A stretch of DNA of 22,021 nucleotides from Alteromonas sp. (GTDB taxonomy: Bacteria; Margulisbacteria; Marinamargulisbacteria; UBA6595): the NCBI GenBank assembly GCA_964220215.1, contig CAXPTH010000018.1:1-22021 (forward strand), in the 5' to 3' direction. A program made the position numbers and the translations under genes. The notes below the pieces were generated by a model that searched no databases, had not been told where the DNA came from, and saw nothing but the letters and a program-made list of their open reading frames with translations. Position 1 is the stretch's first letter, and each line of letters opens with the position of its first letter. Shown in pieces: positions 9,331-17,800 of this stretch.

Positions 9331-10122
9331 ATGACCACCAATCATCCCGTTTATACGCGGCTCCTTGACCGTCAATCCCAACTGGGACACAGTGTGTGTT
9401 TGGGTTTGGATCCTGTGTTGAGTCAGATTCCGGCGGCCTATCCTCAGACAATGGCGGGTGTCACACAATTTTTAGAGCGACTCATTGACGATAGTTTGCC
9501 CCATGTGGTGGCTTATAAACCCAATATCGCTTTTTTTGAGGCCTTGGGCCTGGATGGGCTTCGCGTGTTGGAAGCTGTGATTAAACGGATTAATCAGCAG
9601 GTTCCGGTTATTTTAGATGCCAAGCGGGGGGATATCGGGACAACAGCGACGCAACAGGCACGGTATTTAATTGATTATTTTGGGGCCGATGCGACGACGC
9701 TGCATCCGTACATGGGGCACGATAGCATTGAGCCGTTTTTGGCGTATCGGGACCAGTATCATTTTGTGTTGGTGCTAACGTCCAATCCAGGGGCTCAAGA
9801 TATTGAGCAGCAGGTATTGGCCAATGGCCGACGGGTGTATGAGCATGTGTTGGATCTGTGCAGTCAGTGGCACTCGGTGTATGGCAATGTGGGGTGTGTG
9901 GTGGGGGCGACTCAGCCGGATGTAGCGGCATTGCGTCAACGCGATCCACAGTTGGTGTATTTAATGCCTGGGGTGGGTGCTCAGGGTGGGTCGTATGCTC
10001 AGACGCAGCAGGCGGGTAAAAATGGGGATGGCTTGGTTGTGATTCCAGTGTCTCGGGCCCTAATGATGGGTTCCGGGGATTCGTCGTTTGAATCGCGTCT
10101 GACGCACGTGTTGAGCCAATAG
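9331..10122 (+). CDS. pyrF: Orotidine-5'-phosphate decarboxylase (subfamily 2)
   Basis: CLGLDP, YKPNIAFFE, LDAKRGDIGTT, TSNPG, VVGAT, PGVGAQGG, VSR. The track start 9298 lies inside the tRNA, so ATG 9331 is used. Confidence 0.95.
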   Translation: MTTNHPVYTRLLDRQSQLGHSVCLGLDPVLSQIPAAYPQTMAGVTQFLERLIDDSLPHVVAYKPNIAFFEALGLDGLRVLEAVIKRINQQVPVILDAKRGDIGTTATQQARYLIDYFGADATTLHPYMGHDSIEPFLAYRDQYHFVLVLTSNPGAQDIEQQVLANGRRVYEHVLDLCSQWHSVYGNVGCVVGATQPDVAALRQRDPQLVYLMPGVGAQGGSYAQTQQAGKNGDGLVVIPVSRALMMGSGDSSFESRLTHVLSQ

Positions 10123-10136
10123 TTTGATTGATTGGA

Positions 10137-10166
10137 TTGACAACGTTAGGCTTTCTGGGCTAAAAT
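10137..10166 (+). promoter_or_regulatory. Sigma70-type promoter for yebC and the two downstream envelope genes
   Basis: TTGACA (10137-10142), 18-nt spacer, TAAAAT (10161-10166). AGGAGG at 10191-10196. Confidence 0.65.
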
Positions 10167-10200
10167 TTAAATTAAATGTTTAATCAATCGAGGAGGCTGA

Positions 10201-10950
10201 ATGGCTGGGCATAATAAGTGGTCAAAAATTAAGCATAAGAAAGCCAAAACAGATGCTCAGAAAGGCAAGGTTTTCTCAAAAATGGGGCGTGAAATTACAG
10301 TGGCTGTTCGCATGGGCGGTGGCGGAGATGAGGCGACTAATTTTCGGTTGCGTTTGGCGGTTCAATTGGCCAAAGCGGCGAATGTTCCCAATGATATTAT
10401 CAAGCGTGCCATTCAGCGGGGGTTGGGAGCTGATGATGGGGAGCAGTTGCAAGAAAAATTATTCGAAGCGTATGCGCCGCATGGTGTTGCCTTGATGATC
10501 GAGACGTTGTCGGACAACAACAACCGGACGGTATCCAATTTGAAAACGATTCTAAATAAAAATGGGGGCAGTTTAGCGACCAAAGGAGCGGTGGCTTACC
10601 AGTTCAAGCGGGTGGGGGTGATTGAGGTTGCCTCCACAGACTATGATGCGGTGTTGGCGAGTGCGTTGGCGAGTGATGCGGATGATGTTGAGCCCATCGA
10701 CGGCGGCGGGCATTCAGTTCGATGTCAGCCGGACCAACTGGCCACGGTTCAAGCGGCCTTGGACGCAGACGGGTTGGAGTGCCAGTCGGCTCAATTGGTG
10801 TATGAAGCGGATACAACGGTTGTTTTAGATGTTGACCAAGCGGGTACTATTATTAAAATGTTGGACCAATTGGATGATGATGACGATGTGCAACGCGTGC
10901 ATGGCAATTATGTAATTCCGGATTCAGTTCTGGAGCAGTTGGACGTATGA
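10201..10950 (+). CDS. yebC: YebC/PmpR family protein
   Basis: MAGHNKWSKIKHKK..D..KGK.F.K, N.RLR.A...AK..NVP, DNNNRT, GG.L...G.V.Y.F, L.D.DDVQ.V..N. Confidence 0.96.
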   Translation: MAGHNKWSKIKHKKAKTDAQKGKVFSKMGREITVAVRMGGGGDEATNFRLRLAVQLAKAANVPNDIIKRAIQRGLGADDGEQLQEKLFEAYAPHGVALMIETLSDNNNRTVSNLKTILNKNGGSLATKGAVAYQFKRVGVIEVASTDYDAVLASALASDADDVEPIDGGGHSVRCQPDQLATVQAALDADGLECQSAQLVYEADTTVVLDVDQAGTIIKMLDQLDDDDDVQRVHGNYVIPDSVLEQLDV

Positions 10951-13850
10951 TGAAACGGGTGCTGGTTTTGTTAGTGTTGGTGTGTTTGATTGTAAGCTGC
11001 AATGTATTTGGCAATACGGCATTTGTGGCGAATGGTTCATCAGTGTTTAAAACGTTAGTGGTTCCAAAAAATGGGCAAACTGATTTACATTCAAATGAAC
11101 CTTTAATACAGTTTCAGTTTCAGGCTGTAACGGATAACATTACCATTGATGATATTGGGGTTAGTGTGAACAATTCCGCGTTGATTTCAACGGCTAGCGT
11201 TAGCATCAAAAAGCAAAACAATAATGAGACTCTGAACTTTTTTATTGGTTCTTTTTTTAATAATGCTATTGATAACATAATGAGAAATGGAGCAATTAAA
11301 ACATTTACTGTTGCTTCCGGTGATATCGTAACGGTTATTATTAATGCTAAAGTGTCTGCGCTTGCCGTACCCAGTAATAGGCTTGAACTTAAAGTCCATT
11401 CTATTGGTTCTACTTTTGGTTCTAGTTCGTTTAATTCGTATGCTGTAGATAAAACCGCAACAGTTACCGTATCCGGTTTCCAAGCCGTTACGGTGAATAG
11501 TGTTGTGAGCGATTCAAAAATACTGGCGGGGCATGAAAACTTTCCGGTGCTAAATGTCGAGGTGGGGCCTATGGTAGGCGAGGGGCTTGATTCAGGGTTG
11601 TCTGTTGTTGTCGAAAAAAATTCTGATGATATTATTAACCGGGTACGATTGTGTGAGGATATTGATAAAGACAAGAGCATTGATAATATTAGCGATTGTG
11701 GGGACTATGTATCCTTTTCAGAGAATCGAGCAACGCCAAATTTAAGTAGTATTTTAAATAGCGCAAGCAACACAACCAATGTTTTGGTTGTGTATGATTT
11801 GTCCACTAGCACACCGAATGGTTCAGTTAACTACGAGGCTAAGGTAAGTACTGTATTGGGGACGGGGGCTGCGTCTAACCAGGCAATAAGCGAGACTACA
11901 TTTATTGGTAATCCTCTGCTAGATCTTAATTTAGTGGGTGTTATCGTGAATGCCACAGCGGACACGCCAACGGGTAATGTAATCCCGGGTAATGTGACCA
12001 ATGATATGCTTATTATTGAGGTAAAGCCGATAGGAGTGACTGTTAATGTTGCGAAATTAAAGATTGGGAATGGGGAAGGTGTTGAGTTTCAAGACGGTCA
12101 AAACAACAAAGTAAAATCTATTCATATCTTTGATGGGACGTCGCTAAGTTCAGCAGATTCGTTTACGAGTGCTGTTTCGGAGGCTACTGTGACGTTAAAT
12201 AAACGAATCCTGTCCGATGCTAATACTAACTTTACCATTCAATATGTGCTTCCAGCGTTTACAGATAATGCGGCAACCGTTCAAGCGGTTGTGAAAAACA
12301 ACTCAGAATTTCAGGTTACTGTAAACGGTACTGCGTACATTGCCAATAGCGGGTCCGGGACGGAAAACTTCAAGGTATTTAACTTGCCCATTTCGTCAGA
12401 AGAACGCTCGGTGAGTGATGTTGACGATAAAGTTGTGTTGCGATCGGTGACGCCGAAAACCAATAATTTAGTTTTTGTTGGCCAACAAAGTGTCCCCATA
12501 TTTGATTTGGACATTTCAAACGATAAAAACGAATCTGTGGTGGCTGAACTAACTGTGGAAGCCATAGTTAATTCCAACGGTTCCTCGGGGTTTAATGCAG
12601 AGAATCAGAGGATTGTTGGGATTAGTGTTTTAAATGATAGTGGCAACAGTGTTGGGTTCTTATCGGTTTTAGACTCTAATTCAAAGCAAACCATTCAATT
12701 TTCAGTGCCAAAAAACCTTGATCCTGAAACCTATACCGTTGGTGTGAATGTCGGTCAGGATCCAGGCGCTGTGAAATACTATACACTGAGTTTAGACTCG
12801 ATTCAATCGGGTATTGATGTAGTTAAATCGGAGGATATTGGCAAGACAACCAATTTTTCAGTTGCTACGTACAATCTAGAGGCGTCCTTTTATTCGTTTA
12901 TAGACAACGTTGCGACGATCACCGTCACCAACAACACGGGAGCACCGGTTACATTAAATCGGGTGTCGTTATCGGCATTTGAAGACGGCCTAGGGGGCAA
13001 TGTGGTGGCCTTGCGTGTAACACCGTCAGAGAATGTTGTCATACCGTCGGGGGGTAATTCAACAATTTTGCTGTCTGTGGACGCAGTACTCAACGCTGAA
13101 ACGATGGATATTGTGTTTTTGCCAATTATAGAGGCGACGGTATCGGGCAATGCGGTTCTCCTATCCCGGTATCGCGCCGAAAATAACTTTACGAGTCCGT
13201 TTCAGACGCATACGCGGGGTATCCGTCAATCATTTTCAGCCAATACGGCGGTGGATCCATCCATGGTTCATATTGATCGTATTGAAGTTAAAAAGGGCGA
13301 CGATGTAATTGGTAAATTTTTAAATGGTGATGCGGTGACTCCCAATAGTAAGTTTCTTATTCATATGCGCAATCCCAGTTTGTGGGAATCCGTTCAACTA
13401 GAATCCGTTTCGGCGCCTCATTCCGGTTCAGATGGGGATTACAAGGCAGAAGAGGGTCAGCTAGAAACTCGGAAATTTGAAGGGTCGGGGTCCTTTTCAT
13501 TGCGGGTGACGCCCACTGATGGGTCTCCGTTTAGTATCCCAATTCGATTTTTAATGTCTAAATCCCTCGCTGTTTCAGATCCGTTATTGTATCCCAATCC
13601 GTATAATACTGCGGGGGGGAGCCCCTTGACGCTGTCGATTAACACCACAACACCATCGGATGTTGACATTACCCTGTATGACATGCGAGGGCGGGCCGTA
13701 GTTGCTCACAATCAATCGGTGCCGTTGGGTTACACCAACGTGACTATTCCCGGCACGGGGCAGTTGGCTTCGGGAATGTACATTGCCTATGTGGTAATTA
13801 AATCCAATGGAGAGTCTGTGAAAAAAGTGGTTCGGTTGGCGGTGTACTGA
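10947..13850 (+). CDS. Large exported beta-rich (Ig-like repeat) protein with a T9SS type-A-like C-terminal sorting domain
   Basis: Signal peptide MKRVLVLLVLVCLIVSC (possible lipobox IVSC) and a V/S/N/T-rich body. C-terminus LYPNPYN...ITLYDMRGRAV...LASGMYIAYV...KKVVRLAVY fits the YPNP/YD..G..V/L.SG.Y/K pattern. Confidence 0.8.
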   Translation: MMKRVLVLLVLVCLIVSCNVFGNTAFVANGSSVFKTLVVPKNGQTDLHSNEPLIQFQFQAVTDNITIDDIGVSVNNSALISTASVSIKKQNNNETLNFFIGSFFNNAIDNIMRNGAIKTFTVASGDIVTVIINAKVSALAVPSNRLELKVHSIGSTFGSSSFNSYAVDKTATVTVSGFQAVTVNSVVSDSKILAGHENFPVLNVEVGPMVGEGLDSGLSVVVEKNSDDIINRVRLCEDIDKDKSIDNISDCGDYVSFSENRATPNLSSILNSASNTTNVLVVYDLSTSTPNGSVNYEAKVSTVLGTGAASNQAISETTFIGNPLLDLNLVGVIVNATADTPTGNVIPGNVTNDMLIIEVKPIGVTVNVAKLKIGNGEGVEFQDGQNNKVKSIHIFDGTSLSSADSFTSAVSEATVTLNKRILSDANTNFTIQYVLPAFTDNAATVQAVVKNNSEFQVTVNGTAYIANSGSGTENFKVFNLPISSEERSVSDVDDKVVLRSVTPKTNNLVFVGQQSVPIFDLDISNDKNESVVAELTVEAIVNSNGSSGFNAENQRIVGISVLNDSGNSVGFLSVLDSNSKQTIQFSVPKNLDPETYTVGVNVGQDPGAVKYYTLSLDSIQSGIDVVKSEDIGKTTNFSVATYNLEASFYSFIDNVATITVTNNTGAPVTLNRVSLSAFEDGLGGNVVALRVTPSENVVIPSGGNSTILLSVDAVLNAETMDIVFLPIIEATVSGNAVLLSRYRAENNFTSPFQTHTRGIRQSFSANTAVDPSMVHIDRIEVKKGDDVIGKFLNGDAVTPNSKFLIHMRNPSLWESVQLESVSAPHSGSDGDYKAEEGQLETRKFEGSGSFSLRVTPTDGSPFSIPIRFLMSKSLAVSDPLLYPNPYNTAGGSPLTLSINTTTPSDVDITLYDMRGRAVVAHNQSVPLGYTNVTIPGTGQLASGMYIAYVVIKSNGESVKKVVRLAVY

Positions 13851-16090
13851 TGAAGCGACTCATTCTCTGGCTGTTAATCATAAGTGTGGGGGTGTTAGGC
13901 AGTACAGCAGTGCCCAATTTTCAGTTGGATATGGTATCCACCCGGTTTGCGGCTATTGGGGGTGAAAACGCAGCGGTTCAGGGCGATACCGGTGGTATTT
14001 TTATCAACCCATCGACAATCGCTTACAATCAAACTCCGCAGTTGTTTTTCAGTTCTCGGCAATTGTACAATGCCTTTGACTATTTATCGGTTGCGTATAG
14101 TCGACCGTATCGATCATGGAATTGGGGGGTGTCGGCGGGTTCTGTTATTTTGGATGATATTGTTCGAACGAGTGTATTGGATAACCGGATTCGGCCTCAG
14201 TCGTCGTTTTCAAGTGGGTATTATGTGGTCCAGGGTACGGTGGCCCGGACAACATTGCGCTCACTGTGGGGGATGCGATCCATCAGTTGGGGGGTTAACA
14301 CAAAGTTGTATCAGCAATTTGTGGATTCAGACTCTCGGTCTGGGTATGGGGTTGATGTCGGCGTTCAGGCGATTACGGGCATTCGGACGCGGGGCTTGGA
14401 GCAATTGGATGTTGGGGTATCCTTTATTAATGTGACGAGTCAGTTATCGCCCTGGAATGTGACGGATTCCCAGGGCAATGCGGTATCGGGAAGTACAAAC
14501 TTTAAGCAGGATACGTTGTTTGGGCTTCGGGGGTATCACAAGAACCGTCGGTTGCAATCGTATCTGCATCAAGTATCGGGTGGCTTGGGGGTTGGGGCTG
14601 AGTATTATAGTAATGATTTGGTGGTGTTTCGGGCGGGTAAAAACACGGCTCTGGATACCAATCAAATTGGGTTTGGTTTGATCATGGATAACTTGTTAAA
14701 TTGGGGGAAAACGGTGTACACGATGCGGTTTGATTATACCTATGGGATGCATGCCAATTCTGGGTTTAATGATCATGCCTTCAGCATTAGTATTATGGGT
14801 GATTCTAAGCGGCGTCAGCCAACGATTGTATCGCCCAAGTCGGGTGAAATAACGGCTCAAAAGCAGCTGGTGTTGGCTGGGTACAGCTTACCCGACTCGG
14901 ATATTTTGGTGTACAACCATGGGGCCTTGACCTCAAGCACACGCAGTACTGCCCGTGGGGATTGGTCGTTGGATCAATTGCCGTTGCGTGAGGGCGACAA
15001 TAGTTTTCAGGTCAAAGCGTATACGCAGTTGGGGCAGTATTCTGAGTTGTCGGATCCGGTGGTGGTTGTGGCGGATTTTACGCCACCTGAAATACAGCCC
15101 TCGATGCGCATTGCCGACAACCAATTGGATATTATTGTTCGGTCCAATGAGCCGTTATCCTGGATTGATGCGGAGTTGATGGGCAATCCGGTTATTTTTC
15201 AGCGGGTGAATGATCGGTACTGGGAAGCCGGTGTTCCATGGGATTCAGCTGGGTCTAGTCGAGATGGTATGGAGTTGGTTCCGGATGTGGCGAAAGTGTT
15301 GACGGTATCGGCGATGGATGAGTTGGGCAATGCCACAGTGCCTATGACAATGCCGTTATTTTTTCAATTATCGTATCCTAAGCACAACCAAGTGGTTTAT
15401 CAGCGATTTGTGAATTTAGTGGGGCAGTCATCGTCGTTTGTGAAGCGGTTGGTTGTAAACAACGAAGTTATTCCGGTGGACAATCGGCATCAATTTGAAT
15501 TTCCATTGTTGTTGCAGCCGGGTCAAAACAAGGTGGTGTTCCATGTTGAGTTACACAATGGGCAGATGCAGCAATATTATATGGTTATTAATAGCATGAA
15601 AACGTTTTCAGACTTGTTTGATGATTTGCCAGAAAAATCCGACATTGAAGCATTAGCCAGTATTGGCGTTTTAACCGGTGATAAAGGTCGGTTTAATCCG
15701 GAGGAGACGATTTCACGTCGGGACTTCGTGCGACTTTTGGTCAAGCTGAATCAGCTGTCCTTGTCGGACTCCTTGACGTACCAATTTCAAGATGTGGATC
15801 CACAATCTCGGGATGCTCGAGCCATTCAATCGGTGATTCAGCGGGGCTGGATGCAAGGAACTAGCACGAATACATTTAGTTTGAATGGGCGCATTACCGA
15901 AGAACAGGCTTGGGTCGTCTTTCAACGTGCGGATATGGTTGAAGGGGATCCCCCGGTGCCCTTGTCTCGGGCCCCACTAAAGCGCAAACGCTTGGCCACA
16001 CTCTTGATGGAGGTGAAGCGCTTGCAAGGGATGCTCAATGCCTTGGAGCAGTCACTAAAATACAATTTTAGCTCGGATACCCCAGATTAA
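13850..16090 (+). CDS. PorV/PorQ-like beta-barrel + Ig-like domains + C-terminal SLH domains
   Basis: Signal peptide, then RFAAIGGENAAVQGDTGGIFINPS (PorV/FadL-type plug motif) and amphipathic strands (GYGVDVG, VVFRAG, MRFDYTY). P.IVSP...L.EGDNSFQVKA...DFTPP are Ig-type motifs. FSDL...LTGDKGRFNPEETISRRDF and FQDV...GWMQG...FSLNGRIT are SLH-type repeats. TGATG overlap with the upstream gene. Confidence 0.72.
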   Translation: MKRLILWLLIISVGVLGSTAVPNFQLDMVSTRFAAIGGENAAVQGDTGGIFINPSTIAYNQTPQLFFSSRQLYNAFDYLSVAYSRPYRSWNWGVSAGSVILDDIVRTSVLDNRIRPQSSFSSGYYVVQGTVARTTLRSLWGMRSISWGVNTKLYQQFVDSDSRSGYGVDVGVQAITGIRTRGLEQLDVGVSFINVTSQLSPWNVTDSQGNAVSGSTNFKQDTLFGLRGYHKNRRLQSYLHQVSGGLGVGAEYYSNDLVVFRAGKNTALDTNQIGFGLIMDNLLNWGKTVYTMRFDYTYGMHANSGFNDHAFSISIMGDSKRRQPTIVSPKSGEITAQKQLVLAGYSLPDSDILVYNHGALTSSTRSTARGDWSLDQLPLREGDNSFQVKAYTQLGQYSELSDPVVVVADFTPPEIQPSMRIADNQLDIIVRSNEPLSWIDAELMGNPVIFQRVNDRYWEAGVPWDSAGSSRDGMELVPDVAKVLTVSAMDELGNATVPMTMPLFFQLSYPKHNQVVYQRFVNLVGQSSSFVKRLVVNNEVIPVDNRHQFEFPLLLQPGQNKVVFHVELHNGQMQQYYMVINSMKTFSDLFDDLPEKSDIEALASIGVLTGDKGRFNPEETISRRDFVRLLVKLNQLSLSDSLTYQFQDVDPQSRDARAIQSVIQRGWMQGTSTNTFSLNGRITEEQAWVVFQRADMVEGDPPVPLSRAPLKRKRLATLLMEVKRLQGMLNALEQSLKYNFSSDTPD

Positions 16091-16113
16091 ACCTTCTCTT
16101 GTGGGGCAGTATT

Positions 16114-16122
16114 TGGTATACT
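16114..16122 (+). promoter_or_regulatory. Extended -10 promoter for tRNA-Gln
   Basis: TGGTATACT 15 nt upstream of the tRNA 5' end. Confidence 0.5.
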
Positions 16123-16137
16123 ATCTATACCATTCGG

Positions 16138-16211
16138 TGGGGCGTAGCCAAGCGGCAAGGCATCGGGTTTTGGTCCCGTGATCGTTGGTTCGAATCCAGC
16201 CGCCCCAGCCA
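16138..16211 (+). tRNA. tRNA-Gln(TTG)
   Basis: Acceptor TGGGGCG/CGCCCCA, AGCCAAGCGGCAAGGCA D-arm, anticodon loop TT-TTG-GT, GGTTCGAATCC, encoded CCA. Confidence 0.97.
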
Positions 16212-16225
16212 TGTTTTTACTTTTC

Positions 16226-16515
16226 TAGATATCTCCTAGCCCTAAATTCCTAAAGCTCTAAAGCCCCCTAAATCCCCCTAAAGGGGGACTTTGATGCGAA
16301 GGTCAATGAAATTGCCCAGGCCCCTAAATCCCCTAAAGGGGACTTGGGTGTATTTGGATTGTTGAAATTACTTTATCTAAACTTGACCCAATGCTATGGT
16401 GTCGTCTAAACGTCACACCCAATTCCTTTTTATTGAGATTATCCGTATCACAAGTCCCCTTTAGGGGATTTAGGGGCCTGGGTATTAAGTGCTTAGAGAT
16501 ATTTAGGGGCCTGGG
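16226..16515. repeat. Left cluster of CnTAAATCnTAAAGnACTT palindromic (REP/BoxC/triplex-like) repeats
   Basis: Degenerate CCTAAA lead-in at 16235-16262, direct copies at 16263-16291 and 16315-16346, an inverted copy at 16451-16482 and a partial inverted copy at 16501-16515. Confidence 0.9.
16315..16482. mobile_element. 168-bp MITE/REPIN-like unit with perfect 32-bp terminal inverted repeats; interior resembles a DUF559 gene remnant
   Basis: CCCAGGCCCCTAAATCCCCTAAAGGGGACTTG (16315-16346) is the exact reverse complement of 16451-16482, enclosing 104 bp. A second copy of the unit begins at 21938 in the opposite orientation. Confidence 0.7.
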
Positions 16516-16618
16516 TGGATAGAATCATAGGTGCATACTGACCCCAGTTAAGAAGAAGTGACTGAAGCGGCTCTTTTTTTTCTTTGAGAAGTTTATTTTT
16601 GAATAGCTTAGCCATAGT

Positions 16619-17223
16619 TTATTTAGCAACCGCTACTTCATCAATCTGAGCCATAAACTCTGCTTTAGTGGGCAAATAAGTTTGATATTGGCTAGTAAAT
16701 ATCTGTTTATTGTCTTTAGGCAATGTGATTTCAACCAAGCTGTCTTTCTTGTCCTTAGAAAGCACAATCCCAAGAATTCTAAAATATAGGGATCTTTTAC
16801 TGCATCTTGCGGGTTGTTAATAAGCTGACCGTTTTCACTTAATGCTTTAACGCCTTCTTTATCTCGGCTCAAGCGTAAACGATCATAAAGGGCTGAATTG
16901 AATTGTCGGTTTAGTTCACGTAATGACCAATTGTTTTCGGTTGCTTCAATCTCATAAAAACATCGTTCATGTTCTGGTAACCGCATTAAAAAGACATAGT
17001 GGGACCAACTTAGTGTAAAAGATGTGGGCTTCAGGGTACTTGATTCCAATTCCGCAGACGGTGTTTGCGTTTTTCGATAAGTCAGATAAAACTTTCGCAT
17101 GGTTTCAATATTTCGAATCGAAAACCCTTTGCCAAATTCTTGTGTAAGCGCATCACTAAGTTGCTTTAAGGTTCCTTTTCCATATTTAGCATTCTCTTGT
17201 CCCTTTTGCTCATGTTCAACAAT
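16619..17223 (-). pseudogene. YhcG/DUF1016 PD-(D/E)XK nuclease family pseudogene (5' truncated, nuclease core deleted, frameshifted)
   Basis: From 17223: IVEHEQKGQENAKYGKGTLKQLSDALTQEFGKGFSIRNIETMRKFY...LSWSHY...FYEIE...WSLREL.RQ..S.LYDR...KDPYILEFLGL. A different frame then gives the family C-terminus GIVLSKDKKDSLVEITLPKDNKQIFTSQYQTYLPT...* (stop 16619-16621). In-frame TGA lies just upstream of 17223. Confidence 0.85.
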
Positions 17224-17343
17224 TCAAATTCAAAATTTTAAAGAGACCACCATGCGTAATATAGTTTCACTAAAGTATGAAGCCGAAACGGAGGCTTATG
17301 CCTATTTTTCATATGATAGATACCCCTACCAAGTATTGGCACA

Positions 17344-17556
17344 TCACACCCACTCCACGATTTCCTTGATCATAGGATGCATGTGCTTTTTTTGGGCCCA
17401 TTCATTGATTTCAAGGGCACTTGTAGTTTCTACAGTTTGAAAAAGTTTTACCCCTGCTAGATAGGAACCTTTTTTTTGCGGCTTGTCCTTAAAAAAAAGG
17501 AGGTAGTTATTCTGCAATAGAACAATATAAATAACCTGGTTCTCTGAGTTTTCCAT
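17344..17556 (-). CDS. Small hypothetical protein (70 aa)
   Basis: ATG start with weak AGGT upstream, same strand as its neighbours, globular-looking composition. No family recognised. Confidence 0.35.
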   Translation of the reverse strand: MENSENQVIYIVLLQNNYLLFFKDKPQKKGSYLAGVKLFQTVETTSALEINEWAQKKHMHPMIKEIVEWV

Positions 17557-17800
17557 CTCTACTTACCTGTGCCCTATCTCATATCGTGTATTAGATTGAT
17601 GTTTAATTTTTTTGTTACTCATATTTTGTATGCTCCGTTTACTGGTATTTGGCTTTATCTAAAATTTGGTAATAATCGGTGCTTTATGTTTTCAAAAACG
17701 GAGAGAATTACATGTATGATAAATATATCATCGCTAATTAAGAGTATAGCATTATATAGGAAGGATATGGAATCGGAAGGGTCTATACTCGCCCTACTTG

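Noticed and set aside
11120..13684. Minus-strand ORFs inside the 967-aa gene, and similar shadow ORFs across 215-15925
   Set aside because: Antisense or out-of-frame shadows of well-supported genes, with no motifs.
16190..16211. attL/attR duplication of the tRNA-Gln 3' end
   Set aside because: No second copy was found by eye within the window, though one could lie beyond it.
16263..16515. CRISPR array (palindromic repeats with short spacers)
   Set aside because: Copies occur in both orientations, spacer lengths are irregular (about 23 and 104 bp), the same spacer recurs in both clusters, and no cas genes are present.
16549..16582. Rho-independent terminator before the T-run
   Set aside because: No convincing stem can be formed from the preceding bases.
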